A stretch of 64,000 nt of DNA from NCBI GenBank assembly GCA_019359235.1, contig JAHHHT010000012.1, positions 67,648 to 131,647 on the forward strand, read 5' to 3'. This document shows, piece by piece, positions 1-11,407 of this stretch. The translations under genes and the position numbers were made by a program. The DNA is from Oscillatoria princeps RMCB-10. Lineage in GTDB: Bacteria > Cyanobacteriota > Cyanobacteriia > Cyanobacteriales > Oscillatoriaceae. The notes beneath the pieces are model-generated. The model did no database searches. It had not been told where the DNA came from and worked only from the letters and a program-made list of their open reading frames with translations. Each line of letters starts with the position of its first letter. Position 1 is the first letter of the stretch.

Positions 1-300
1 TTAGGTGCCGGTCGGGTGGCCCAGCAGCTCAGTTTCGGCACCGGCTCTGTCAGCTCGACGGGTCGGGTTGAGGGGAATATGATTAAGTTTGAGGACTTGG
101 CTGCTCTGCCGGTGCGCGTGTTGCTGCTCCCGGATGGGGCTTCCGCTACTTGCCCGCAAAAGGTTCAGCTGCGCCAGCCCCTGTTTCTGGAGTTGGGCTG
201 GCTGATTGAACCCAATCTCCGCCAGCGCCTGATTCGCCGGTACAGCGAAAAAGGGGAATGGGTTAGTCTGACTCTGGTGACTGAGCGGAAAGTGGGGTGA
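1..300 (+). CDS. Hypothetical protein, 3' part. The ORF is open to the window start, so it is probably 5'-truncated by the window edge.
   Basis: The frame is open from nt 1 with no upstream stop. The amino-acid composition looks protein-like. The ORF track placed an alternative start at 16. An antisense ORF at 1..306 is the alternative reading. Confidence 0.3.
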   Translation, partial: LGAGRVAQQLSFGTGSVSSTGRVEGNMIKFEDLAALPVRVLLLPDGASATCPQKVQLRQPLFLELGWLIEPNLRQRLIRRYSEKGEWVSLTLVTERKVG

Positions 301-305
301 TAGCA

Positions 306-337
306 ATTTTGGATTTTAGATTTTGGATTTTGGATTA
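306..337. repeat. Tandem heptamer repeat (TTTTGGA/TTTTAGA)n.
   Basis: The repeat is read directly in the sequence as gattttagattttggattttggatt. The same heptamer family recurs at 1943-2003, 3275-3312 and 29190-29248. Confidence 0.8.
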
Positions 338-358
338 AAACATAGCCTGCGCTCCTCC

Positions 359-940
359 TCAGTTAAGGAAGCACCGGCGTCGCAATGCTTTTTTGAGCAG
401 GGTTTGATATTCTCGGTCGCTCACCGTGTGGGCTCCAAATCGTTCGAGATGGGGGTTGGTGATTTGGGCGTCGAAAAAGAGAAACTGGCGCTCTCGCAGT
501 CGCTGGACTAATTTGACGATTGCGACTTTGGAGCCTTCGGGAATCCGGTAGAACATGGATTCGCCAATGAAGGCTCCCCCGATCGCTATTCCCAAAATGC
601 CACCGGCAAGTTCATCTCCAAGCCAGGTTTCAAAGCTGTGAGCTATGCCGGCGAGGTGCAGCTCCCGGTAAATCTCTTTGAGTTCTGGCGAAATCCAGGT
701 CGTTTCCCGGTTGGCGCAGCCTTCCACTACGGCTTGGAAGTCCCGGCTGACCGCAACCGTAAAGCGCTCCTGGTTGAGGACGCGCTGCAGCGAGCGCGGG
801 TAGTGAAATCGCTCGTCTAGGGGAATCAGCGCCCGCTCCCGGCTGGAATACCAGCCCAATTTGCCGTCAGAGCCATTGGCCATCAGGAAGTAGCCTTGAG
901 CGTACCCCTGGACAATCGCCGGAATGTCAAATTGCAGCAT
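359..940 (-). CDS. aat: Leucyl/phenylalanyl-tRNA--protein transferase.
   Basis: The 193-aa product has the L/F-transferase family signature (…[18 protein letters not shown]…[12 protein letters not shown]…GESMFY…) and the typical size. Confidence 0.8.
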   Translation of the reverse strand: MLQFDIPAIVQGYAQGYFLMANGSDGKLGWYSSRERALIPLDERFHYPRSLQRVLNQERFTVAVSRDFQAVVEGCANRETTWISPELKEIYRELHLAGIAHSFETWLGDELAGGILGIAIGGAFIGESMFYRIPEGSKVAIVKLVQRLRERQFLFFDAQITNPHLERFGAHTVSDREYQTLLKKALRRRCFLN

Positions 941-1012
941 CAGACAAATATGCTATTATCTTTACAAAGTTCCAGTAACTTTATAGCGTTTCTCATCCTT
1001 TGTGAGGTACTG

Positions 1013-1046
1013 AGAAACCCGGTTTCTTTAAGAAACCGGGTTTCTG
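1013..1046. repeat. Palindromic SDR of the GAAACCCGGTTTC family, present as a double copy.
   Basis: The sequence agaaacccggtttctttaagaaaccgggtttct is two abutting palindromes. The same family recurs at 14662-14695, 17953-17992 and 43505-43539, with single copies near 38046 and 56750. Confidence 0.85.
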
Positions 1047-1094
1047 GGCCATAGTTCATCCAACTGAGAGCCGCTATCTCTATTAAACGCTATT

Positions 1095-1562
1095 TTGAAG
1101 CCGCTCTGGGGGTCTATGGAAGAATTTGAGAATTGTCCGCTGCTTGAGATTACCTTAAGCAAACTCCTCAATAAAACCCAGAAAGACTGGGGATATTTAC
1201 AGGTGGAAAAAAAGGAGGACAGTATTTATGTATTGCGCCTTGCTGGCAGCGACGAAAATATGCTCACCCTGTATTTTGATGAAAATAATTTTTTTCGTTT
1301 GTACTGGTACAGCAGCTCTCAGCCCTCAGTGTCTGTAGGGTCAAAAATTAACAGGACATATAACAAAACAACCAAGAAATTTAAAACGGATAAAATTTAT
1401 GAGGTTTGCTATAAAGAAACCTCCAACCCTATTTTGGCTTCGATTAATAAAAGGTTCGCTCAACTCATCAGAGATAAAATGACGGATTACTTTCGCTCTC
1501 ACCCGTCAGAGAAAGACCCTACTAAAAAAATCCCATCTGTTGTATTGGTCGCACAGCAATAG
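1095..1562 (+). CDS. Hypothetical protein encoded by an AT-rich, probably horizontally acquired, ORF.
   Basis: The 155-aa ORF has visibly lower GC than its surroundings, is Lys/Asn/Tyr-rich, and is flanked by SDRs. No motif was recognised. Confidence 0.45.
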   Translation: MKPLWGSMEEFENCPLLEITLSKLLNKTQKDWGYLQVEKKEDSIYVLRLAGSDENMLTLYFDENNFFRLYWYSSSQPSVSVGSKINRTYNKTTKKFKTDKIYEVCYKETSNPILASINKRFAQLIRDKMTDYFRSHPSEKDPTKKIPSVVLVAQQ

Positions 1563-1606
1563 CACGAACCCCAGCCGAATGAGACACTGCCCTTGAAAAA
1601 ATTCAG

Positions 1607-1942
1607 ATGAGTATGCTTGAACCGATTCCACCCGTCACACTCCCCCCCGCTGAAAATCCCCAGCAGGAAGGCGAATGGTTGCAAAATGCCTTGCACAACT
1701 GGCTCGACCAGGAGTTTCTCCCAGAGCCGGTCAATCAGGAGATTGCCCGCCGAGCTGCCCAAATCTATGTCCGGCACCGGATGGAAGGGGAAAATGATGT
1801 TGGCGCTCTCACGATCGCGATTGTCACGGAAATGCAGGCGTTTGACTTTTCTAAAAGTTTCTATGGCGAGTTTGCCGTTGCCAATGCGGTCAGCGACTTG
1901 CTGCTGGAGAGCTTGGGCATAGACCGGTGCTGCGGACAGTAA
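1607..1942 (+). CDS. Hypothetical protein.
   Basis: The 111-aa ORF has protein-like composition. It overlaps an alternative-frame ORF at 1617..1922. It ends at the heptamer repeat block. Confidence 0.35.
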   Translation: MSMLEPIPPVTLPPAENPQQEGEWLQNALHNWLDQEFLPEPVNQEIARRAAQIYVRHRMEGENDVGALTIAIVTEMQAFDFSKSFYGEFAVANAVSDLLLESLGIDRCCGQ

Positions 1943-2003
1943 GATTTTAGATTTTAGATTTTAGATTCCCAATCCAAAATCCAAAATCCAAAATCCAAAA
2001 TCG
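1943..2003. repeat. Tandem heptamer repeats: (GATTTTA)n followed by (CCAAAAT)n.
   Basis: The repeat is read directly as gattttagattttagattttag…ccaaaatccaaaatccaaaatccaaaat. Confidence 0.85.
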
Positions 2004-2006
2004 GAT

Positions 2007-2309
2007 CTACCAGCTGGACTTGACGACGCCTGGCAGCAACCCTTTGTGAGCCATTTCGCGAATGGCGTGGCGGGAAAGGCCAAAGTCCCGATAGTAGCCT
2101 CTGGGGCGGCCACTCAGCCAGCAACGGTTGCGCAGGCGGTGGCGGCAGCTGTTGCGCGGCAGCTGTTGCAGCTGCCGGTGGATTTCGATTTTATCGTCCA
2201 GGGTTTCGGCTTGGGAGAACTGTTCCTTGAGATCTTCCCGCTTCTGAGCGTACTTGTCCACCAGTTTCTGGCGTTTCTTTTCCCGCTCAATCATGCTCTT
2301 TTTGGCCAT
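2007..2309 (-). CDS. rpsN: 30S ribosomal protein S14.
   Basis: The product begins [16 protein letters not shown]… and ends …[43 protein letters not shown], which is the canonical S14 sequence. Confidence 0.9.
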   Translation of the reverse strand: MAKKSMIEREKKRQKLVDKYAQKREDLKEQFSQAETLDDKIEIHRQLQQLPRNSCRHRLRNRCWLSGRPRGYYRDFGLSRHAIREMAHKGLLPGVVKSSW

Positions 2310-2451
2310 GAATGACTTTCTCAGCCTCGAATAAAGACACCATTCTCCATTATATCTGGTTTGGGGAGGTGACGAACCGCCAAGACGCCAAGGTCGCCAA
2401 GGAAGAAGAAGAGAGGGAGAGGGGGGAGCGGGGGGTTCGGCACCGGCACCC

Positions 2452-3105
2452 TCACTTGCCGGCAGAGGGGCACAAATCAGCGAGGGCGCAAGTTTGGCAC
2501 GCCGGCTTGCGGGCGTTACAGACCGCCCGCCCGTGGTAAATCAGCCGAATCGACCAATTTTCCCAGTCTTCTTGGGGGAGAAGCGGCATTAAGTCTCGCT
2601 CGACGCGCACCGGATCGGCGTGTTCAGTCAAGCCCAAGCGCTGGCTGAGGCGCTTGACGTGGGTGTCCACGGTGACGCCCTGATTGATGCCGAAGGCATG
2701 GGCCATAACCACATTGGCGGTTTTTCTGGCCACTCCGGGGAGTTCCAGCAGCTGTTCCATCCGTTTGGGCACAAGGCCGGCATATTTCTCCACAATCATC
2801 TGGCAAGCGCCCTGGATGTTTTTGGCCTTGTTGCGGTAGAAGCCGGTGGAGCGGATTAAGGTTTCCAGTTCGGCTAAATCGGCACCGGCAATCGCGGCGG
2901 CGTCGGGGAAGCGCCCGAAAAGTGCCGGTGTCACCTGATTGACCCGCTCATCGGTACACTGGGCGGAGAGGATAGTGGCCACCAGCAGCTGCACCGGCGT
3001 CTCATAGTTGAGCGTGCATTTGGCGTCTGGATACAGGCGCTTCAGGCGAATCAGGATTTCTAGAGCCCGCTGCTTTTTAGCAGACAATTTACGAGTGATG
3101 CTCAT
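2452..3105 (-). CDS. nth: Endonuclease III (DNA glycosylase/AP lyase).
   Basis: The product carries the HhH-GPD motif, and its C-terminal …[19 protein letters not shown] matches the 4Fe-4S cluster loop Cx6Cx2Cx5C. It is 217 aa. Confidence 0.9.
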   Translation of the reverse strand: MSITRKLSAKKQRALEILIRLKRLYPDAKCTLNYETPVQLLVATILSAQCTDERVNQVTPALFGRFPDAAAIAGADLAELETLIRSTGFYRNKAKNIQGACQMIVEKYAGLVPKRMEQLLELPGVARKTANVVMAHAFGINQGVTVDTHVKRLSQRLGLTEHADPVRVERDLMPLLPQEDWENWSIRLIYHGRAVCNARKPACQTCALADLCPSAGK

Positions 3106-3274
3106 CAGTGCCTTTTGAAATAGCCACTACACTAACTTAGACTGCCTCAGGCAGTCTAATCACCAATTCTCGCATTTTCTAGCCTGCAAAAGCCGGCAGT
3201 GATAAGTCCCGGGTTTCCTCGCCCTATGCAGCTATCAGTTGCTGAACTGGTTCGGCGCTTGGCACTGACTGGGC

Positions 3275-3312
3275 ATTTGGGATTGGGATTTGGAATTTGG
3301 GATTTGGGATTG
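3275..3312. repeat. Tandem heptamer repeat (TTTGGGA)n.
   Basis: The repeat is read directly as tttgggattgggatttggaatttgggatttgggattg. Confidence 0.8.
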
Positions 3313-3746
3313 AAAAAGCCCCCAAGGGGAGAGGGAGTTGGCGGAGGTGAGGGGGTTGCGGTTAATCCACCGGAAGCGATATTACAGCGGCGCAAGTTAA
3401 TTATGTGACTGGCGAGAGTTGCGCATAGCGGTGAAGTCGCATAAATGAGTGACACTCAAATGTGTTACTCCAAAAAAGCGACTTGCGGAAATCTTCGAGA
3501 GTCAGATATCAATAGAGATAACAGCTATTGCGGGTGAGAGAAAAGGGAGCGTCCCATTTTGGCAGACAAACAAGCGCGACTGGGCTGGATAACACAGCAG
3601 CCCTATAAGCGATTTCAGCCAAAGGATACGGGTTCGCAACCCATTCCAACTCTAAAAGGGCGGCCTGCATAATTTGAACGATTTTTCAGAAAAATGCTGG
3701 CTTTTCCCGATCCGCCGCTGAGGGCAGAGTTAATAGGTGATAAAGG

Positions 3747-6700
3747 TTGGGGAATTTTACAGGATTAAATGTGGCACAGAATTGGCAAAATTTTTGGATA
3801 GCATTCCGTGAATCTTTAGGTTTTTTTGAATTTTTACCTCCAGGTAAAGGAGCGAAACGAATGATTGAGCATCTATCAGAACTGTTTTTAGATTTAGACT
3901 TCTACGCAGCCATAAACCCAGACTTGGCGCAAGCCGGACTGACCGATTCCGAGCATCTGTTAGAGCATTTAAAAACATCCGGACTAGCAGAAGGGCGACG
4001 ATTTTCCCCCTTTGTGGATTTAGACTTCTACGCAGCTGCGAACCCAGACTTAGCCAAAGCCGGTTTGACCGCTCCCGAGCAGTTGCTGGAGCACTTGCAA
4101 ACCATTGGGCTAAAACAAGGGCGGCGGTTTTCGCCTTTTGCTGACCTCAACTTCTACCGGAATAGCAACACCGATCTGGTTGACGCCGGTGTGACAGAAC
4201 CCGAACAGCTGTTAAAGCATTTGCAAACTTCTGGATTAAAGCAAGGGCGGCGCTTTTCACCGGCAGTCGATCTCAACTTCTACGTTGCTAACAACCCTGA
4301 CGCGGTGGCCGACTTCGCCAATGACAGGGAGAAAGTGTTCGATCACTTAGTCAGTGTTGGGGTAGCCGAAGGGCGCAAATTTGTGCGCAATTTAGATTTA
4401 AAGAATTACTTAGCGCTCAACCCAGATGTAGCTGCAGAGGTGGGTGGTTCTTTAGAAAAAGCATTAAACCACCTGCTCATTTCCGGATTGAAGGAACGGC
4501 GGCAGGGAGCACCGGCTCACCTGGCTGCAGAAAGCGTGCAGATTCAAATTGCGCAGCAGCTGTACGAAGCGATAGCCGCTTGGATACCTAACCCCTCAAA
4601 TACCCAACCGATTCTGCAATTGCTCTCACCTGATGTAATTTGGAACATCTCAGGAGATGCAAACCGCCTTCCATTTGCGGGACGGTTTTTGGGTGCGGCG
4701 GGAGTCCAGCAGTGTTTGACAGCCACAAGGCAGACGCTGTTTCAGAAACAGTTTGCGCCGCTGGAATTTATCCAGGATGGCGAGCGCGTCGCCGTGCGAA
4801 TTGCGCAAGTCGGCACAGCAATTGCCACTGGGCAAGATTTCCAGATGGATATTGCAGACCTGCTGGCAGTGCGCAGCGATGGCTTAATTTCTTCACTGAA
4901 CAGGCTATCAAACACCTACACCCTGAATCAGGCTCTGGCTGGCGCAACATCGGCACCGATTCCAGAAGACGATTCACTCACAGGAAAGCCGGCGGTTGCC
5001 GATAGCTCAGCCGATACAGAAGCATCGCGCCAAGTAGCGGTGGGAATGTGGAATGCCCTAATCAACGGCAGCGATCCGGAAAGCTTCAATCCAGCCAATC
5101 CCAAATCCTTTTTTGCCTTGTGTGCTACGGATGCAGTTTGGAGTTTTGCTGTTGGCAGCGATCCGGATTTGCTGCCCTATTCTGGAGCGGCTAAAGGTAC
5201 TGTCAACCCTGACGGCACCTTTGGTACTGTGCTCACAGAACTAATTTTGCCGCTGCAGGACTTAGTGCAAGCAGGCAGACTGACGATCGAAGAATCTTTT
5301 GCTGCAGGCAACCGGGTTGTGGTGCACTTAAAAGAGCTCGACGCCACAGTCAAAAAAACTGGCAACCGCTATGACCTGGACTTGATTAGTTGGATAGTGG
5401 TGGGGGGTGGCAAAGTTCAGTCAGTCCAAACCATCGTCGATACCAACCTTACCGTGCGGGCGCTACGACCGGGGGGCACTTACCCCTTGCCGCCTTTGCC
5501 CAGGCGCAGCCCACCCTACTTCGTGACCACCAGCTTGGCCACTAATCAAATTCTCACTTTCGACCAGCAAGGGAACTTCACCGGCATTTTGGGTGAGGCG
5601 AACCAAACTGACAGCGGTTTGGTCAATCCCAGCGGCATTACCTTCGGACCAGACGGCAACCTTTACGTTAACAGTCGGGGAAGCAATCAAATTCTCAGGT
5701 ACGACGGGATTTCTGGGAAGTTCCTGGGCGTCTTTGGCCAAGCAACCAACCTTGACAGCGGGCTGCTATTTCCCACCGGCATCAAATTCGGGCCAGACGG
5801 CCACCTGTACGCCGTTAGCGGGCGCTCCTCTCAAATTTTAAAGTACGACGGGTCAACTGGGCAGTTCCTCGGCGTGTTTGCGCAGCGGGACAACGGTTAT
5901 CCTGGCAACATCATAGTTGACGACGGCACTGTACCTGCAGACCGCCCGGATTTGACGGTCTTGCAGTTTGGCCCGGACGGCGACCTCTATGTGGGCAGCC
6001 TGTTGCAGGATGCTGACAGCAACCCAGACACTGGTGTTGGTGCCATTCTCAGGTACGCCGGTCCCCTCTCCACCAATCCCGGGGAATTCAAGGGCGTATT
6101 CGGGGAAGCTAATAACCTAGCGCCAACTTCCCTAGTATTCGGGCCCGACAAAAACCTCTACGTCAATGACGAGGGCGGTCAAGTTTTGGCGTTCGCCGGA
6201 CCCAACTCGGACAGTCCGGGCAAATTCAAGGGCGTCGTTGCTGACGTGAAAAAGGATTTTGCCGCTACTGGGGCAAAGTTCGCGGAGTTCATAGTTCTTG
6301 GCATGGAATTCGGGCCGGAGGGCCACCTGTACACGGGTAGCGCTGCCTTCGCCGTGCAAATGGGCGGCAATGTGCTGCCGGCGTTCTGCCAAATCAACAT
6401 CTACGCTCTGGAAAATTCGGACAGTCCCGGCAAGTACCTGGGCGTGTTTGGCGAGGCCAATACCAAAGACAGCGGGCTATTTATTCCCACTACCCCGATA
6501 TTTTCCCAGAATGCCTTTTTGCAACCGTTCTTTCTGGTGGGAACCAATACTGACCCGCAGGGAATCTTGGGCTCAGACGAAACAGATGCGCTGGCGGCTT
6601 ACGACCGAACGGGGAATTTTATTGGTTTCTTCAGTTTATTTCCCGGCAATGACAACCCGCTAAACGGCATCGGCGGCGTGGTTTTGGGAGCAAACGGCAA

Positions 6701-7463
6701 TATCTTAGTCAGCTCTCAAAACTCCAATCAGGTGCTGGAGTACGACGGGTTAACCGGCAAGTTTATCGGTGTGTTTGGGGATGCCAGTCATGAAGGCAGC
6801 GGGCTGGAATTTCCTGCCGGTATCGCCGTGGGACCTGACAACAATATCTATGTCAGCAGTTTGGGGACTGAGCGCATCCTCAAGTTCGACGGTTTGACGG
6901 GATCTTCCCAGGGTGTGTTTGCGCGTTGGAATACTTCAGACAGCCAAAAAGAGCGTTTCACTGATTTGGCTTTCGGGCCAGATGGCAACCTCTATGTCTG
7001 TCTCAACCCAACCCTGGGGGATACTGCACTGGGGAAGGCACAGGTGCGCGTTTACTCCGGCGCAACCGGCGAACTTCTGCGCAGCATTGGCGGGCTGGAT
7101 TTTGCCGCTTCTCTGGATTTCGGACCCGATGGTTTGCTCTATGTCAGTGACGATCCTTCCAGTGTTTTCGATGCCAGCTTTACTCCTGTAGCGCCTCGCA
7201 AGTCTGGTCGGCTTGTGGTTTTCAACTTGCAGGGAAATCAGGTTCGCAGCTTCTATGTCGGTGTGGGAAATGCGGGGAATATCGCTTTCTCGCCAGACGG
7301 AAATCTTTACCTCAGCAACCCTGCTGCCGGTATGCTGACTGTGTACAACACGGTAACTGGACAGCCTTTTGGTCTTATCCCAGTTCCTGCAGTCACAGGT
7401 GAAATGGGACGCCCAACTGGTGTCACTTTCTTGGCTGTCTCTTTACAGGAGCCGGTTCTTTAA
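3747..7463 (+). CDS. Large multidomain protein with N-terminal ~40-aa tandem repeats, two NTF2/SnoaL-like domains and NHL-type beta-propeller repeats.
   Basis: The 1238-aa ORF has a repeated unit DLDFYAA(I/A)NPDLA(Q/K)AGLT…EHL(K/Q)TSGL(A/K)(E/Q)GRRFSP at least five times at the N-terminus. The C-terminal half has many NHL-like blades of the form GI(T/K)FGPDGNLYV…SNQIL(R/K)YDG. The start may instead be an internal Met near 3861. Confidence 0.7.
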   Translation: MGNFTGLNVAQNWQNFWIAFRESLGFFEFLPPGKGAKRMIEHLSELFLDLDFYAAINPDLAQAGLTDSEHLLEHLKTSGLAEGRRFSPFVDLDFYAAANPDLAKAGLTAPEQLLEHLQTIGLKQGRRFSPFADLNFYRNSNTDLVDAGVTEPEQLLKHLQTSGLKQGRRFSPAVDLNFYVANNPDAVADFANDREKVFDHLVSVGVAEGRKFVRNLDLKNYLALNPDVAAEVGGSLEKALNHLLISGLKERRQGAPAHLAAESVQIQIAQQLYEAIAAWIPNPSNTQPILQLLSPDVIWNISGDANRLPFAGRFLGAAGVQQCLTATRQTLFQKQFAPLEFIQDGERVAVRIAQVGTAIATGQDFQMDIADLLAVRSDGLISSLNRLSNTYTLNQALAGATSAPIPEDDSLTGKPAVADSSADTEASRQVAVGMWNALINGSDPESFNPANPKSFFALCATDAVWSFAVGSDPDLLPYSGAAKGTVNPDGTFGTVLTELILPLQDLVQAGRLTIEESFAAGNRVVVHLKELDATVKKTGNRYDLDLISWIVVGGGKVQSVQTIVDTNLTVRALRPGGTYPLPPLPRRSPPYFVTTSLATNQILTFDQQGNFTGILGEANQTDSGLVNPSGITFGPDGNLYVNSRGSNQILRYDGISGKFLGVFGQATNLDSGLLFPTGIKFGPDGHLYAVSGRSSQILKYDGSTGQFLGVFAQRDNGYPGNIIVDDGTVPADRPDLTVLQFGPDGDLYVGSLLQDADSNPDTGVGAILRYAGPLSTNPGEFKGVFGEANNLAPTSLVFGPDKNLYVNDEGGQVLAFAGPNSDSPGKFKGVVADVKKDFAATGAKFAEFIVLGMEFGPEGHLYTGSAAFAVQMGGNVLPAFCQINIYALENSDSPGKYLGVFGEANTKDSGLFIPTTPIFSQNAFLQPFFLVGTNTDPQGILGSDETDALAAYDRTGNFIGFFSLFPGNDNPLNGIGGVVLGANGNILVSSQNSNQVLEYDGLTGKFIGVFGDASHEGSGLEFPAGIAVGPDNNIYVSSLGTERILKFDGLTGSSQGVFARWNTSDSQKERFTDLAFGPDGNLYVCLNPTLGDTALGKAQVRVYSGATGELLRSIGGLDFAASLDFGPDGLLYVSDDPSSVFDASFTPVAPRKSGRLVVFNLQGNQVRSFYVGVGNAGNIAFSPDGNLYLSNPAAGMLTVYNTVTGQPFGLIPVPAVTGEMGRPTGVTFLAVSLQEPVL

Positions 7464-7521
7464 GACCCCCGGGTGAGTGTGGCAAAACTTGGGGATTGCG
7501 GTGGGAATGGGGCATTGTGGC

Positions 7522-7642
7522 GGGAGCATCCCGATTATGTAGGGGCGAAGCATTCGGGCGAATAATCTCTCGGTCAAAACCAGCAATTGATAATCCGAAT
7601 GCTTCGCCCTCACCAGGGTAGTTTCAAAAAGGGGATGCTCCC
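7522..7642. mobile_element. MITE-like element, ~120 bp, with GGGAGCATCCC/GGGATGCTCCC terminal inverted repeats (copy 1).
   Basis: It is near-identical to the copy at 38158-38276. Its ends are inverted repeats. The internal motif atgtaggggcgaagcat is also found at 10870-10950 and 11240-11290. Confidence 0.75.
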
Positions 7643-7803
7643 TTGCGGCGGGAGTGGGGCGGGAGTGAGGCATTGGGCTTTTTTAGCCTGCGCTACAGAC
7701 CTTTGTGCGTCCTCTAGGGGCGGGGAAAAATATATCGATGACTTCGCAGCTTTGATATTAATAAACCCGCCCCTATTTTAGTCGTGGGTGCTTAATCGCA
7801 ACA

Positions 7804-8895
7804 CTACTGGAATAACTTCTGAATTGCCTCCAACTGGGTGGTGTCGCGGATGATCAGAAAGATGCCCAACCCCAGCAGCAGCATTAATCCAGTCTGCATT
7901 ACGCCATCTTGAATGTGGGTGGGAAGGGGCTTGCCGCGCAGCCCTTCAATCAGCAGGAAGGCCAGCTGTCCGCCATCCAGTGCCGGCAGGGGCAAGATAT
8001 TAATAATCGCCAAGTTGATGCTGATAATTGCCGCAAACAAAAACAAGTTGCCGGTGTCATTTTGGGCGACTTTGGCACCTTCCTCGACAATTTTCACCGG
8101 CCCGGCAACCTGACCGACGGTTTCTTTAAAGTGGGTGATCAGCTGGTAAAACCCTTGCACCGTCCCGACAAAGATAGTCTGAAACCTGTCAGCGCCGAGG
8201 CTCAACACCTCGAAAGTGCTGTTGGCCCGCCGGTAGGTGGCCGTGCCGTTGGGAGCCAGCTGCACACCAATGCGACCTGTGCCTTCTGGTGCCGGTTGCG
8301 GCGTCACCTTCACGGACAAAGTGGCTTTGTTGCGCTGAAGAGTCAGCTCCAGGGGCTGACCGGCATGGGATTCGATGGCTTCCTTCAGGAAGGGGATGGC
8401 CTCTTTGGAGGCTCCCAGTTCCTTGCCGTCCACTGCTATAATGATGTCTCCTGACTTGATGCCGGCTTTAGCGGCGGCGGATTCCTGCGAAACGACCTGG
8501 GGGACTATAACTCCGGGCTGATAGTTAAATCCCGCCGGCACGCCGTAGGTGCCCACCTGAGCGACTAGCACCAGATAGGCAAAGATTAAATTGGCAATCA
8601 CCCCAGCGCTAATCACAATGGCTCGGTCTAGGATGGGCCGGTTGCGCAACAGATTGGGGTCATTTTCAGGAATGTTGCTGTCGGGTTCGTCATCCGGGAA
8701 GCCGACAAAGCCACCCAGAGGGATCGCCCGAATCGCGTACTCGGTTTCTGGCCCTTGATATTTCCACAGAATGGGGCCAAACCCGATAGAGAAGCGATTG
8801 ACGTGAATTTTCTGCAGGCGAGCCGCCATGAAGTGGCCAAGTTCGTGTACCACAATCAAAAGCGCCAGAACCGCGATCGCTGCCAAAACTGACAT
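7804..8895 (-). CDS. rseP: Site-2 protease (RIP zinc metalloprotease, M50 family) with a PDZ domain.
   Basis: The HELGH zinc motif sits in the first TM helix. A PDZ-like segment reads GIKSGDIIIAVDGKEL, and a C-terminal LDGG motif is present. The ORF track extends to 8997, but the likely start is the internal Met at 8895 (MSVLAAIAVLALLIVVHELGHF). Confidence 0.8.
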   Translation of the reverse strand: MSVLAAIAVLALLIVVHELGHFMAARLQKIHVNRFSIGFGPILWKYQGPETEYAIRAIPLGGFVGFPDDEPDSNIPENDPNLLRNRPILDRAIVISAGVIANLIFAYLVLVAQVGTYGVPAGFNYQPGVIVPQVVSQESAAAKAGIKSGDIIIAVDGKELGASKEAIPFLKEAIESHAGQPLELTLQRNKATLSVKVTPQPAPEGTGRIGVQLAPNGTATYRRANSTFEVLSLGADRFQTIFVGTVQGFYQLITHFKETVGQVAGPVKIVEEGAKVAQNDTGNLFLFAAIISINLAIINILPLPALDGGQLAFLLIEGLRGKPLPTHIQDGVMQTGLMLLLGLGIFLIIRDTTQLEAIQKLFQ

Positions 8896-9198
8896 GTAAT
8901 AATCCAGTGATACTACGCTATATGTGCTGCCGGCTCGTGAGAACCAGCCTTTAATTATTGTGACGTATTCTACGGTTCTGCGCCGGCTTCCCGTCACGAC
9001 AGAAACAAAGCTATCTATAATAGCAGATTAATATTCTTTTGTCAAGGATATGGGGGAATTTTCTTCTTCCCAGGCGGTAGGGGCGGGCCCCCGTGCCCGC
9101 CCCCGGAACGAGGGGACACTTGTAAGACCTCTTTCTCCCCTTCCGGTGCTTGCGGGGAGGTGGTTGGGGGGTGGGGTTCTTTTGAGGCGCAACGCCAA

Positions 9199-10500
<1,302 letters not shown>

Positions 10501-10599
10501 TTAGAGTGTTTTTCTGCTTCCTTACAAGGATTATCGTATCGCGCTTGCCGGCTGACCTTCCACGCTGCTGCGGATGGGACGAGCCGGCTTGCAGGTGGG

Positions 10600-11300
10600 C
10601 TTTCAGGGCTTGCCCCCGTGCCCGCCCCGGCGGGGGGGTATCTAAAGGGGGGCTTTAAGAATTTCCCCCCCTTTTTTAAGGGGGGGCTAGGGGCTTTCGG
10701 GGGTGGGTTTTTAGAGGCTGTCTGTGGGGAGCGCCGGCGTGTCGGCGGGGAGCATCCCGTTTTTGCATTGGCAAGTGGGCCCAGGCGATTAGAAAGAAGC
10801 TGTTGGCGAATTCATGAGGGGTTAGACCTTTTCGCTGGGAAGTAAAGAACGGCGTTGCATTGGCGAAGCGAAATTTCGGGCGCAGTCGGAAAGATCCTAA
10901 CGCCAATGCTTCGCCCCTACACAAGATCCGATGTAGGGGCGAAGCATGAGCGCGACTATTTATGGGACTCAAGGAAAGGATTACATTCGCTCATGCAACG
11001 CCTATCCCCTATCGCTACCTGCAGACGGGCGGGTGGGGTAAGACCCCACATCAATTCGCCAACAGTCTCTTAGAAATCGCGGCTATACAGACTTTCGCCC
11101 GCCTACGCGGGCTAAATAAAGAGGCGGGTAAACTTTCTTATGTTGGACGGAAAGCGGGAATACAAAAGTGGGATGCTCCCTGTCGGCGTTGCATTAGCGA
11201 ACTGCCTTATCGGGCGCGGTAGCAAAGATACTCGCGCCAATGCGAAAGCCCCTACATTGGATCTGTGAGGGAGAGAGCATGAGCGCGACGATTTTTGCAA
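10600..11300. repeat. Repeat-dense intergenic block containing several SDR families.
   Basis: The block contains gggcttgcccccgtgcccgcc. It contains aaaggggggctttaagaatttccccccctttttaagggggggctagggg, which also occurs at 38478-38530. It contains cttcgcccctacat/atgtaggggcgaagcat palindromes at 10905-10950 and 11245-11290, and GGGAGCATCCC motifs at 10750 and 11170. All ORFs called here appear to be repeat-derived. Confidence 0.7.
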
Positions 11301-11407
11301 TCAGCGAAAAGATGGACTAACAAACCCGCCCCCACCCACCCCTCAGATACCGCGCCCTCCCATACCCCGCCCCTCGCAGGGTTGGCAGGGTGGTTAGGTT
11401 TTTCCGG

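Noticed and set aside
7443-7781. ORFs 7443..7673(-) and 7587..7781(+), and their near-identical twins 38074..38292(-) and 38221..38433(+).
   Set aside because: They lie entirely within or across the two copies of the GGGAGCATCCC-bounded MITE. Their identical peptides are a consequence of the repeated DNA, not of conserved genes.
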